A DNA stretch of 64,000 nt, from the NCBI GenBank assembly GCA_963706325.1, contig CAVPLT010000007.1, positions 32,001 through 96,000 on the forward strand. Direction: 5' to 3'. Under the pieces are notes generated by a model, which ran no database searches, was not told the origin of the DNA, and saw nothing but the letters and a program-made list of their open reading frames with translations. The translations under genes and the position numbers were made by a program. Of the stretch, positions 1-8,983 are shown piece by piece. Every line of letters begins with the position of its first letter. Position 1 is the first letter of the stretch. Source of the DNA: an uncultured Nitrospiraceae bacterium (GTDB lineage: Bacteria; Nitrospirota; Nitrospiria; Nitrospirales; Nitrospiraceae).

Positions 1-1
1 A

Positions 2-670
2 GAGCGACTTGTCGAGCGTGGGATTGGATTGCTCGAGTGCGAGCGCCTGTTCATAGTGCGGGATGGCTTGTGCATACTGTTCCTGAAGGTAAGGTGCGCT
101 TCCAGCACGAAAGTGGTCGAGACTGCTGGCGGGCGCAGCGGCGACGATATCGAGGCGGGCAAACAGGTCGCGCACCAGGGATTCGTCTCCGGGCGTATAG
201 CCTTTTTTCGAAATGTGAACGTCGGTGTAGACGTTCTCTTTTGCCACGCAGGCAAATGCATGGAGTTGGTTTACCCCTCCGCGGACTGCCGGACCGACGT
301 ATTCGAGCACGGGCATGTGCCGCACTTCATAATGCCTGACATTCTGGCTGTTGTTAGCCAGTGAGCCCTGTGCGATGTGTTGGAGATGAGCGAGGCATCC
401 TTGCACTGTTGCTTTCCTACCGACCATTTCCAGGGTCACTGAGAGCGTCATCGATGTTGCGGCATTGGTCGCAAAGAGGTATCGACGACCGTCCGGAGTC
501 ATCCCATCGACATGAATGTTGTATCCAGTAATGTCCAGTGAGACCGCCCAGGGTTTTTCTACGAGGGCGACCGTCGCAATATGTCGTGCTTCATTTGCGG
601 AGGCGAGACTAATGGACAAGACAGCGCAGCCCGCCACTCCAAGCAGAACGGATCTGATTAACGTAAGCAA
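2..670 (-). CDS. Exported TPR-containing protein (3' end runs off the window; not in the ORF track)
   Basis: Manual minus-strand translation from TTG at 670, preceded by AAGGAG: LLTLIRSVLLGVAGCAVLSISLASA (signal peptide)...FRAGSAPYLQEQYAQAIPHYEQALALE (TPR-like). Open to the window edge. Confidence 0.75.
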   Translation of the reverse strand, partial: MLTLIRSVLLGVAGCAVLSISLASANEARHIATVALVEKPWAVSLDITGYNIHVDGMTPDGRRYLFATNAATSMTLSVTLEMVGRKATVQGCLAHLQHIAQGSLANNSQNVRHYEVRHMPVLEYVGPAVRGGVNQLHAFACVAKENVYTDVHISKKGYTPGDESLVRDLFARLDIVAAAPASSLDHFRAGSAPYLQEQYAQAIPHYEQALALEQSNPTLDKSL

Positions 671-1302
671 TGGGCGACTCCTTGTCGTCGAGGCTTCGAC
701 TCTCCAAAGTGCGCTCTTAGTAGTCTAGCGCTCACGCTCCTTGGGCCAAAGCAAAAGTACGAATCCAGCGGGCCCGTTCCAAATGAGCGATTGTCAGTGG
801 TGAGACGGCATGGGCCGAGGGGTCCAGCCATCACTCGTACCAAATTGATTTCACCAGATCCCTTTGTGATAGGCGTTTTTCTGTCGCTTGATCAGGCAGC
901 GGAGACTGTACAGAATACAGGACCTCACGGCGCTGATGCAGTTTCTACGCGCCTGTTTACAATGATCACGCGTGACATGTCGCTGATGAAGAGCGAATTT
1001 GGAAAGAAGTAGTCGAGCATTATCGGGAATGGTTCTCGATACATCTCTTCCCCGATATACAAATTGTGCACATGAGTGAGGGCACAAGGGTGGAGGTCAG
1101 TTGCGCCAGGAGGCGTACGGCATCGATGTGCAATCCGGATCGCGGATGCCGCTGGCAGCTGGTTTCAGGAAGTTCTTTGCCTGATTAGTGACCAGGGCGG
1201 GTGGCGGTTTGTCGGGAATAAAGGTGGCGTGCCTCGATCGGCCCCGTTTTCTTCGTCCTCCCACCATCCTTTTTTCCGACCACGAGTGTGACTGTCTGCG
1301 GA

Positions 1303-1746
1303 TCAGGCAGCGGCCGCCGTGCATGCCGTGCTGAGTAATTTTTTTACCGTGGCATGCGCCAGGACAACATCAGGCGTCCGTTGCAGCGCCTCATAGTAAC
1401 TGCGTTCGAAGCCATCACCTTCCTCAGAAGGACGAAGCATCTCGCGAGCCTCTGATAGCAGTTCCTGGGCCATTTCCACTGTTGTGTCGTCCTGATCTTC
1501 CAGGACGACATCGATGCGCACAACGAGGTGCGATAACGGGTGAAGCCAAGCGAACCACGGATCGTTCATGACGAGCTGCAGCAGTTGGCCGGATGAGGTC
1601 ACGCGACCGTAGATGCGCTCATAGGTGAGCTGTTCAGAAACAATCAGAGACTTGTGCAAGCCCAACAGGCCGTGGCGAAGATCTTTGAGACTGCCGCGCA
1701 GACTGTCAGGGATAGGATTCGAAGAAGACCAGGAGGAACGTGGCAT
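1303..1746 (-). CDS. Conserved hypothetical helical protein
   Basis: 147-aa ORF with coherent protein-like sequence (LRHGLLGLHKSL...YERIYGRV...DPWFAWLHPLS). Confidence 0.7.
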   Translation of the reverse strand: MPRSSWSSSNPIPDSLRGSLKDLRHGLLGLHKSLIVSEQLTYERIYGRVTSSGQLLQLVMNDPWFAWLHPLSHLVVRIDVVLEDQDDTTVEMAQELLSEAREMLRPSEEGDGFERSYYEALQRTPDVVLAHATVKKLLSTACTAAAA

Positions 1747-1953
1747 ACATCACCAATTATAGCAGACCAAGCCCAAAGTGACGGCGATTCCCACCACAGG
1801 AATGAAGCCCTACTCCAGGGCCGCTTCTCCGTCCTTCGTTGATACTGTATCGGTTGGTTTTTCGCCAGGATTGAGCCGTACATACATTGAGATAGAAATT
1901 GTCTCTCGCGAACCCGCAGCCGGTAGGCGCTGCAGGTGGGAGAAGCTTTCGTA

Positions 1954-2860
1954 TTAGCGGGTGTAGGCCTGTGTATTCCAAATAGTACTGAGCGGGCGGG
2001 ACTGCCGACTCAGTCCGATTGATGGCGCACCGTACATTTCTGTGATCGTGCGCACTACGCCGTAATGATCGATTCGTTCGTCGAAACGACCACGACGCAC
2101 CATCGGCCCCACGAGTATCATCGGAATGTGATTGTCTGATTTTCCGTCGTCCTCATCCCAGGTCACAATCAGCAGACTGTTGTGGCTCTCGGCCCATTGC
2201 ACATAGCGGCTCAGATGCGTTTGCAACCACCTGTCGGCGCGTTGGATGCGATCGGGATCGTTCCCGTCGTGCATGTCGTTCTGTTGATTAGGAACGATGA
2301 TGCTGAGGGTCGGCAGTGTGCTGAAGTCACTGGGGAAGTCTGAAAAGGGTCGATTCTCGCTCGATGGAACCTGGTTGATCGGCGACGACTGCCAGTTGAC
2401 CCAAGGATTATGCTTACGCACGTAGGACGCCACGATACAGTCTGTCGAGCCGACCGCAGGAAGGTCTTCCGAATAACCGACGAAGGATCGTCCGACTTGC
2501 GCCAAAGTACTACGAAGATTGGGGGCTGGTCAGAACGAGCGGACAATTGTTCGCGATGATTCCCTCGGTGGAACCGGCAAACAGGGCGATATAGTTCGGT
2601 TGGCTCGGATGGGTTATGCCGTAGGCATTGGTCAGCAGCGCGCCTTGGTGCACGAGTTCATTCAAGTACGGCGCCGCCGATGAGTCGACGATTTGGGCCA
2701 GAGAATGGTTCTCTTCGATCACGACCACAATATGGTCAGGCCGTGGAAGCGGGATCTGAGCGAAGAGGAGGCCGGACGAAAGCAGCAGCGTCCACAAAAT
2801 GAGTATCGTCACGCAGCGCATGCGTATCCTCAGCACCGTGAGGTTAGGCCGGAAGTTCAC
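1954..2860 (-). pseudogene. Secreted acid phosphatase / phosphoesterase family protein split by a +1 frameshift
   Basis: N-part (2510-2860) has a signal peptide, PDHIVVVIEENHS and THPSQPNYIALFAG. C-part (1954-2505) has YVRKHNPW, NDMHDG, IVTWDEDD and HYGVVRTI. Removing one base from the G5 run at 2521-2525 joins the frames (TSPNLRSTLAQVG). Confidence 0.85.
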
Positions 2861-4574
2861 TCAGCCGTAGAGTGTAGAGGTAATGGTAGATACCTTGCTT
2901 TTCCAGCAGGGCTGCGTGGGACCCTTCCTCCACAATTTTTCCCTTATTTAAAACCAGAATGCGGTCGGCGCGCTGAATGGTGCTGAGTCGGTGCGCGACG
3001 ACAAAGGTGGTACGGTTGACCATGAGGCGCTCCAGAGCCTCTTGGACAAGTCGTTCCGATTCGGTATCCAGCGCGGACGTCGCTTCGTCGAGTAACAAAA
3101 TCCTGGGGTTTTTTAAAATCGCTCGCGCAATCGCCACGCGCTGACGTTGGCCGCCGGATAAATTGACGCCCTTCTCACCCACGATCGTTTCATAGCCGTC
3201 TGGAAATTCGACGATGAATTCATGCGCATGCGCGCCTTGGCTTGCGGCAATGATGTCCTCTTCGGGGGCGTCCTCTCGTCCATAGCGAATATTGTCGCGG
3301 ATCGATCCACCGAACAAGATCGTTTCCTGCGGCACCAGTGCGATTTGTCGGTACAGGCTATCGAGGCGTACGTCTCGCACATCGTGACCGTCGACTGTGA
3401 GTCTGCCTGCCGTCGGATCATAGAATCGATGGAGGAGATTGATGATCGTCGTCTTACCCGAGCCGGTGGGGCCCACAATGGCAATGAGTTCTCCAGGTTT
3501 GGCTTCGAAGGAGACATCCGAAAGCACCGGCTGTCTCGTATCGTAGGAAAAGCTGATGCCTTCTGCCCGCACATGGCCTTGGACGAGAGGCAACTCCACG
3601 GCTCCCGGCGCGTCGGCAATTTCAGCGTGAGTGTCGAGTATTTCGAAGACGCGTTCCATCGCGCCTTGAGCTTCCTTGATCTGCGCAAACACGCGAGCTG
3701 CCGACCCGAACGGTCCGATGAGAATGCCGGCAAACAGCACAAAGGCAAAGAGGTCGCCGGGTGACACGCTTCCGTCGATGACCTGCTGTCCCCCATACCA
3801 CAGTACCGCGGCTGCTGCGGCGAACGTCACGAACGTAATCGTCGGCACGAACCACGCCATGATGGTCGCTCGGCGAAGCGCCAGCTGCATGGCAGTTTGC
3901 ACCTGGGCGACAAATCGCTGCTCCTCACGTTTGCCCTGGACAAATGATTTCACCACGCGGATCCCCGCGATCACTTCTTCTACCAGGGTGCTGACGGAAG
4001 CGGTTTGGTCTTGAATGCTGGTCGAGAGCGCTCGCAGTCGCCGTCCGAAGAGTTTAGCCACAACTACCAGAAGCGGGAGCAGGACCAGAATCAGGAGGCA
4101 CAATTGCCAGTTCATGGCGAAGAGGAAGCCCGCCCCGCCGATGAAGGTGACGAGCTGCTTGGCCGCATCGATGGGGGTATCGGTGACGACGTTTTGAATC
4201 ACGGTCACATCGTTCATGAGACGGGACATCAGCTCTCCCGTCCGTCGCTTCGAGAAAAAGTTCACGGATAGAGTTTGGAGATGCGCGAAGAGATGTGTCC
4301 GAAAGTCCGCCATGACGCGCTGAGACACCCAGGACGTGAGGTAGCTATGTCCCATCGAACAGAAGCCCTGCAACAGCACCAAGCCCAAGAAGAGCAGGAT
4401 CATCTGCGTCATGCGCGCGGCATCATGCTGAACGGTGATGACATCCCAGAGCGATCCCCCGAGACGAAGCAGCGCCAGGTTGATGGCTGCGACCACCATG
4501 ACCATAAGGGCGGCGGCGAGCATCCGAGGGAAGTATGGCTTGATAAAAGGGAAGAATCGTTTAAACGAAACCAT
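2844..4574 (-). CDS. ABC exporter, fused permease/ATPase (MsbA-like)
   Basis: N-terminal TM domain, Walker A GPTGSGKTT, signature LSGGQRQR, Walker B LLLDEATSALD. Confidence 0.92.
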   Translation of the reverse strand: MVSFKRFFPFIKPYFPRMLAAALMVMVVAAINLALLRLGGSLWDVITVQHDAARMTQMILLFLGLVLLQGFCSMGHSYLTSWVSQRVMADFRTHLFAHLQTLSVNFFSKRRTGELMSRLMNDVTVIQNVVTDTPIDAAKQLVTFIGGAGFLFAMNWQLCLLILVLLPLLVVVAKLFGRRLRALSTSIQDQTASVSTLVEEVIAGIRVVKSFVQGKREEQRFVAQVQTAMQLALRRATIMAWFVPTITFVTFAAAAAVLWYGGQQVIDGSVSPGDLFAFVLFAGILIGPFGSAARVFAQIKEAQGAMERVFEILDTHAEIADAPGAVELPLVQGHVRAEGISFSYDTRQPVLSDVSFEAKPGELIAIVGPTGSGKTTIINLLHRFYDPTAGRLTVDGHDVRDVRLDSLYRQIALVPQETILFGGSIRDNIRYGREDAPEEDIIAASQGAHAHEFIVEFPDGYETIVGEKGVNLSGGQRQRVAIARAILKNPRILLLDEATSALDTESERLVQEALERLMVNRTTFVVAHRLSTIQRADRILVLNKGKIVEEGSHAALLEKQGIYHYLYTLRLSELPA

Positions 4575-4674
4575 GGGTGTTACGACAATCGTTCAGCGAG
4601 GACATGTGTGGAGCGTACCGCGTCGCATGCGGGGCACGAATACGATACGCCTTTCTCGATGAGGTAGGATCGAG

Positions 4675-4893
4675 CTAGAGCTGGGCGATCGACTCAATCA
4701 AGTTCTTGTTGATCGCCACGAAGTCGGACCGATCCTTGTCGTTGATCAACACGTCAGTCAGGCTGATGAACAGCCGCTGCTCTTCGTTGATCGCGTCCGA
4801 CACGCGATTGCGCATCGGCGGGATGAGAAAATCCCCGACATAGATACAGTTCACCGTTCGAACGCGGATGCGAACTTTTTTCCCCTCGGGCAC
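4675..4893 (-). CDS. Small conserved hypothetical protein
   Basis: 72 aa, GTG start with upstream GGAGG; RVSDAIN...FISLTD...FVAINK pattern. Confidence 0.7.
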   Translation of the reverse strand: MPEGKKVRIRVRTVNCIYVGDFLIPPMRNRVSDAINEEQRLFISLTDVLINDKDRSDFVAINKNLIESIAQL

Positions 4894-4924
4894 GGATCCC
4901 TCCGTCCATTATGTCGTGATGGGC

Positions 4925-5020
4925 TCAGCTCTTGCGACGCAAGAATTTCTGACGCCGGCGCAACTTCTTATACTTGTGCTTGCGCATCTTCTTCCGGCGT
5001 TTCTTGAGAACACTCGCCAT
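4925..5020 (-). CDS. AURKAIP1/COX24-domain small basic protein (ribosomal protein bS22/mS38-like)
   Basis: Manual translation MASVLKKRRKKMRKHKYKKLRRRQKFLRRKS* (31 aa) matches the SVxKKRRKKMxKHKxxK family pattern; GGAG upstream; below the ORF-track size cutoff. Confidence 0.9.
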   Translation of the reverse strand: MASVLKKRRKKMRKHKYKKLRRRQKFLRRKS

Positions 5021-5049
5021 ACATTCATTCTCCAACTGCTAGGCGCGGG

Positions 5050-5078
5050 AGTCTAGTGCGTTTCATGCCAAAATGCAA
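5050..5078 (-). promoter_or_regulatory. Sigma70-like promoter for the bS22-like gene
   Basis: TTGCAT-N17-TAGACT on the minus strand, about 30 nt upstream of the ATG. Confidence 0.5.
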
Positions 5079-5160
5079 GCCAAGATTCTGACGTTTTGAT
5101 TGTCGGGATGCCGCCAGGCGGGGTGCACGTCGTGATGATGAATGGTCTGTTGCCCTCAGC

Positions 5161-5189
5161 TTGCCTCTTCCTGCCAAGGTTCCTATACT
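5161..5189 (+). promoter_or_regulatory. Sigma70-like promoter for the lipoprotein-nadB unit
   Basis: TTGCCT-N17-TATACT, 5 nt upstream of an in-frame ATG at 5195. Confidence 0.5.
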
Positions 5190-5194
5190 GCGCC

Positions 5195-5713
5195 ATGCTT
5201 AACTGTTGCTCGTTGCGCACCGCGCTGTATCGGCGTCTTCTAGTAGGCCTCATGCTGACCTTGATCGTGGGGTGTGCAGGGAAAACCATTCAGTACAAAG
5301 ATGATCACGACCGCATTCTTCGCATCGACCAGGCGGTTGAGTTGCTGCGGAAATCGTACGTAGAGCAGGACCGCAGCGGCGTGGAGGCGCTCCTGTTGCC
5401 GTCGGGGAATATGGATCAACTGCAACGAGAGATTCATAGCGACTTCGATACCTTTCGCGATATCCAGCTGGAATTTTCGATTGAGCGCATCCTCATCGAG
5501 GGTGAGAACATCGACGTGTTCGTCCATTGGCAAGGTCAATGGAAACGAGATCCCGCTGAGTCTGGCACACGTCAACGAGGCCATGGGCGGCTGGCCTGGG
5601 TGGGGACGCAATCAATTCTTCTGCGGGAAGCTCAAGGCGATCTCCCGTTCGGCATGGGCATGCGAGCGACTGTGGGTGAAGACCCCGCGCGCGGCCAGGC
5701 TAAGCCTCAGTAA
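5195..5713 (+). CDS. Putative lipoprotein, NTF2/SnoaL-like fold possible; start uncertain (5195 or 5252)
   Basis: Hydrophobic stretch ending in lipobox IVGC; stop overlaps the nadB start (TAATG). Confidence 0.7.
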   Translation: MLNCCSLRTALYRRLLVGLMLTLIVGCAGKTIQYKDDHDRILRIDQAVELLRKSYVEQDRSGVEALLLPSGNMDQLQREIHSDFDTFRDIQLEFSIERILIEGENIDVFVHWQGQWKRDPAESGTRQRGHGRLAWVGTQSILLREAQGDLPFGMGMRATVGEDPARGQAKPQ

Positions 5714-7380
5714 TGCCTGCAAGACCGTCGCCTCACAAAATTGAAACTGATTTTCTCGTCGTCGGGAGCGGCGTCGCGGGACTGCGAGCTGCTATCGAAC
5801 TCAGCCGTGTCGGTCGCGTGCTGATGTTGACCAAGGGACATCCCTTGGAAAGCAATTCGATGTATGCCCAGGGCGGGGTCGCCGTCGCGCTGAGCGAAGA
5901 AGATGACGTCGGTAGTCATCTGACCGACACGCTCAAGGCCGGGCATGGGCTCTGCCGTCGCGAAGCCGTGCGTGTGCTGGTAGAGGAGGGACCGGAACGA
6001 ATTCAAGAGCTGATCTCGTGGGGCGCGAAGTTCGACAAAATTGGAAAGCGATTTGCCTTCACGCGTGAGGCGGCGCACAGCCGAAGCCGTATCTTGCGCG
6101 CTCGTGGCGACGCCACCGGAAACGAGATGGTGCGCGCGCTCATGGCCCACGCGGCGAGGCAGCCACGCATCCAGCGACTGGATCGTCGGTTCACGGTCGA
6201 TTTGGCGGTCATCGACGGCCGGTGCTGCGGGGCCATCGTGTTGAACGAGCTGTCGGGCGAACGGACAGCCTTGCCGGCCAGCGCGATAGTGTTGTCCACC
6301 GGTGGAGCGGGACAGGTCTACGCGCGGACGACGAATCCGGGCAACGCGACGGGTGATGGGATGGCGATGGCGCTTCGGGCCGGCGCGTTGCTGATGGACA
6401 TGGAGTTCGTGCAATTTCATCCCACGTCCCTGTACCTGCCGTCGAGCCCGCCCTTCCTCTTATCGGAAGCCATTCGCGGGGAGGGTGGGCAGCTCCGCAA
6501 TATCAAGGGCGAACTGTTCATGCAGCGCTACCATGCTGACGGCGCGCTGGCGCCACGGGACATCGTGTCGCGGGCGATTTGGTCTGAAATGGCGGCGACG
6601 CGCGCGCGCCATGTGTATCTGGACGTTACGCATCTGGGCGCAGCTTTCGTGAAACGACGCTTTCCTACCATCTACGCAACCTGCCTCCGATATGACATCG
6701 ACATGACGGAAGAATGGATTCCGGTCTCACCCAGCGCGCACTACATGATGGGCGGGGTGTGGACGGATGTGAAAGGAGCGACGACGCTACCTGGTCTGTA
6801 TGCGGCGGGTGAGGTGGCCTGCAGCGGAGTCCATGGCGCGAACCGGTTGGCCAGCAACTCGTTGCTGGAAGGATTGGTTTTTGGGATGCGCGCGGCTCAG
6901 TCGGCAGTGGCCCACACCGCTGGGCCGGCTCAGATGCCTTCCGTAGAAGAGCTGGAGCGAGGCCGGACGCGGGAGTTCGATGATCCGGAAAAGCTCAGGA
7001 GTTCCCTACGCCGCCTCATGTGGGGAAAGGTGGGACTGGTGCGGTCAGGAGATTCGTTGATCAGCGCCTCCGCGCAACTTGCTCGCTGGATGCGACTTCT
7101 GACAAAACCCTTTGCCTCGCGGGCGGCGCTTGAAGTGAAAAATATGGTGCAAGTCGCGCGCTGTATCACGGATGCGGCCCTGTGGAGGGAAAATAGCGTG
7201 GGGGCCCATTATCGGTCAGATTTCGCGGAGGGGAATCGCCCTGGATGGCGGCAACACAGCCAATTGTTGCTGCGGTCCACTGAGGCTACCGGGAAGCAAC
7301 GGACGGACCAAGACCTCGTACTTGCGCCTCAAGCGCCTGATGGCGGTACGACCGGGAGGAAGAAAGCCGGTCGTTCGTAA
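5713..7380 (+). CDS. nadB: L-aspartate oxidase
   Basis: GSGVAG FAD motif, SMYAQGG, EAAHSRSRI, EFVQFHPT, HYMMGG, GVHGANRLASNSLLE. Confidence 0.95.
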   Translation: MPARPSPHKIETDFLVVGSGVAGLRAAIELSRVGRVLMLTKGHPLESNSMYAQGGVAVALSEEDDVGSHLTDTLKAGHGLCRREAVRVLVEEGPERIQELISWGAKFDKIGKRFAFTREAAHSRSRILRARGDATGNEMVRALMAHAARQPRIQRLDRRFTVDLAVIDGRCCGAIVLNELSGERTALPASAIVLSTGGAGQVYARTTNPGNATGDGMAMALRAGALLMDMEFVQFHPTSLYLPSSPPFLLSEAIRGEGGQLRNIKGELFMQRYHADGALAPRDIVSRAIWSEMAATRARHVYLDVTHLGAAFVKRRFPTIYATCLRYDIDMTEEWIPVSPSAHYMMGGVWTDVKGATTLPGLYAAGEVACSGVHGANRLASNSLLEGLVFGMRAAQSAVAHTAGPAQMPSVEELERGRTREFDDPEKLRSSLRRLMWGKVGLVRSGDSLISASAQLARWMRLLTKPFASRAALEVKNMVQVARCITDAALWRENSVGAHYRSDFAEGNRPGWRQHSQLLLRSTEATGKQRTDQDLVLAPQAPDGGTTGRKKAGRS

Positions 7381-7951
7381 GAAAGGTTCGATAGTATCGA
7401 AGCACCTTTTTGACATACTGCCTGGTTTCCGCGATTGGAGGAAGCCCTTGATAGCGCTCCACGGTATGCTCTCCCGCGTTGTAAGCGGCCAAGGCCAGAG
7501 GCAGATTTCCGTCAAACCGGTCGAGCAGCTGCCGTAAATATTTCGTCCCGCCGCCGATGTTCTCATCTGGATTATAGGAATCCCGCACGTCCAACCGCAC
7601 GGCGGTCTGTGGCATCAGCTGCATGAGCCCGATCGCGCCGGCGCGCGAGACGGCCTGGGGGTCGAAATCGGATTCCGTCTTGATCACGGCACGTACCAGA
7701 GCCGGGTGGAGACGATGGGTTCGGGAATGTCGAGCGATGACCGGTTCCAACTCGCCCGCAGAGATGACGGTACGGGAACGAGGGAGTGCTGAAACAACAC
7801 GCCGGTATCGCGGATCATTCGGAACATTGGTGAGGGAAATAGTGCCGTTGCTGTCAATGTACTGATAGACGTCTGCGGCGGCGGGCAGTGCGGTCAAAAC
7901 CATGGTCGCGGTGACCCACAGGACCGGCATTGTTCGGCTGAAATGGATCAT
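7286..7951 (-). CDS. Lytic transglycosylase (SLT domain) with N-terminal DUF4124-like region
   Basis: Signal peptide, VYQYIDSNG, then AVIKTES, GAIGLMQLMP, ALAAYNAG, ETRQYV. Confidence 0.9.
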   Translation of the reverse strand: MIHFSRTMPVLWVTATMVLTALPAAADVYQYIDSNGTISLTNVPNDPRYRRVVSALPRSRTVISAGELEPVIARHSRTHRLHPALVRAVIKTESDFDPQAVSRAGAIGLMQLMPQTAVRLDVRDSYNPDENIGGGTKYLRQLLDRFDGNLPLALAAYNAGEHTVERYQGLPPIAETRQYVKKVLRYYRTFLTNDRLSSSRSYRHQALEAQVRGLGPSVASR

Positions 7952-8101
7952 TGGGGTTGAGCGTGCGGTGAGAACTCGGCTTCCAGTTGTCCTGTTGTAA
8001 CCGTAGCATCGGACCCCCTACCTGTCAAAACGATCTGGTTCTTTCAGAAACGGTTCAGGCGATGCAACGATCTAATCACATGGCGTTATTTGACAAAGTC
8101 C

Positions 8102-8983
8102 CTATGGCATCGGCTCGAGGAATCTCGTACGGCCTGCAGCAAAAGCCGCCTGAAGCCGGCGGGTCATAGAGCCCGGCAGGCCAGTACCGATCGCGTAGGC
8201 ACCGATTCGCGTGACCGGCATAATCTCCATGGTGGTATTGGTCAAAAAGCACTCATCGGCCTGCTGGAGGGCCGCCAGTTGATAATGCCCCTCCTCGATA
8301 GGCAGCCCTGCTTCCTGCGCCAGAGTCATGACGATGGTCCGCGTGATGCCATCTAAGATGCCGCATTCCAAAGCCGGCGTGTGTAAGGTTTGGCCCGACA
8401 CGAAAAAGAGATTACTAATCGTACATTCGGTCAATTCCTCCCGCCAGTTTAAGAGAAGGCTGTCGAAGGTGCCGGCCGCGATCGACTCGCGTTTAGCGAG
8501 GATATTGTTGAGAAAATTTGTGGCCTTGATTTGCGGAGAGAGTGCTTCCGGTAGGTTTCGCCTGGTTTTCGCCACGGTCAGGGATACACCGTGGCGCGAG
8601 AGTTCCGGCGGATAGCCTTGGAGTGCCTTTGTCATGATGACCACAGTGGCATGCGGGCAGAGACTCGGGTCCAATCCGATCTCTCCTTCACCGCGCGAGA
8701 CGGTGATGCGGAGATAGGCATCCGCGCGATCGTTGCCGACCTCATTGCGGCGCATGGCTTCATGGAGGAGATCCGGCCATTGGGAAAGTGGAATGGGAAT
8801 GTGCAATCCAATGGCTTCGGCCGAGCGCTGAAGCCTGGCCATGTGCTGGTCGTGCATAAAAATGCGTGCTCCGTAGGAGCGAAGGGTTTCGTAAACTCCA
8901 TCCCCGTACAAAAATCCGTGATCGAACACCGATACGACGGCTTCTTCACGGCGCACAAAACGGTCGTTCAGAAAGACCCACAT
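8102..8983 (-). CDS. PLP-dependent aminotransferase class IV (PabC/IlvE/Dat-like)
   Basis: DHGFLYGDGVYETLR, IKATNFL, ECTISNLF, GILDGITR, ADECFLTNT; translationally coupled to the pabB-like gene. Confidence 0.9.
   Translation of the reverse strand: MWVFLNDRFVRREEAVVSVFDHGFLYGDGVYETLRSYGARIFMHDQHMARLQRSAEAIGLHIPIPLSQWPDLLHEAMRRNEVGNDRADAYLRITVSRGEGEIGLDPSLCPHATVVIMTKALQGYPPELSRHGVSLTVAKTRRNLPEALSPQIKATNFLNNILAKRESIAAGTFDSLLLNWREELTECTISNLFFVSGQTLHTPALECGILDGITRTIVMTLAQEAGLPIEEGHYQLAALQQADECFLTNTTMEIMPVTRIGAYAIGTGLPGSMTRRLQAAFAAGRTRFLEPMP

Noticed and set aside
791..1291. Short ORFs (73, 78 and 71 aa) in the 0.7-1.3 kb gap
   Set aside because: No convincing SD or family motif; cannot be supported.
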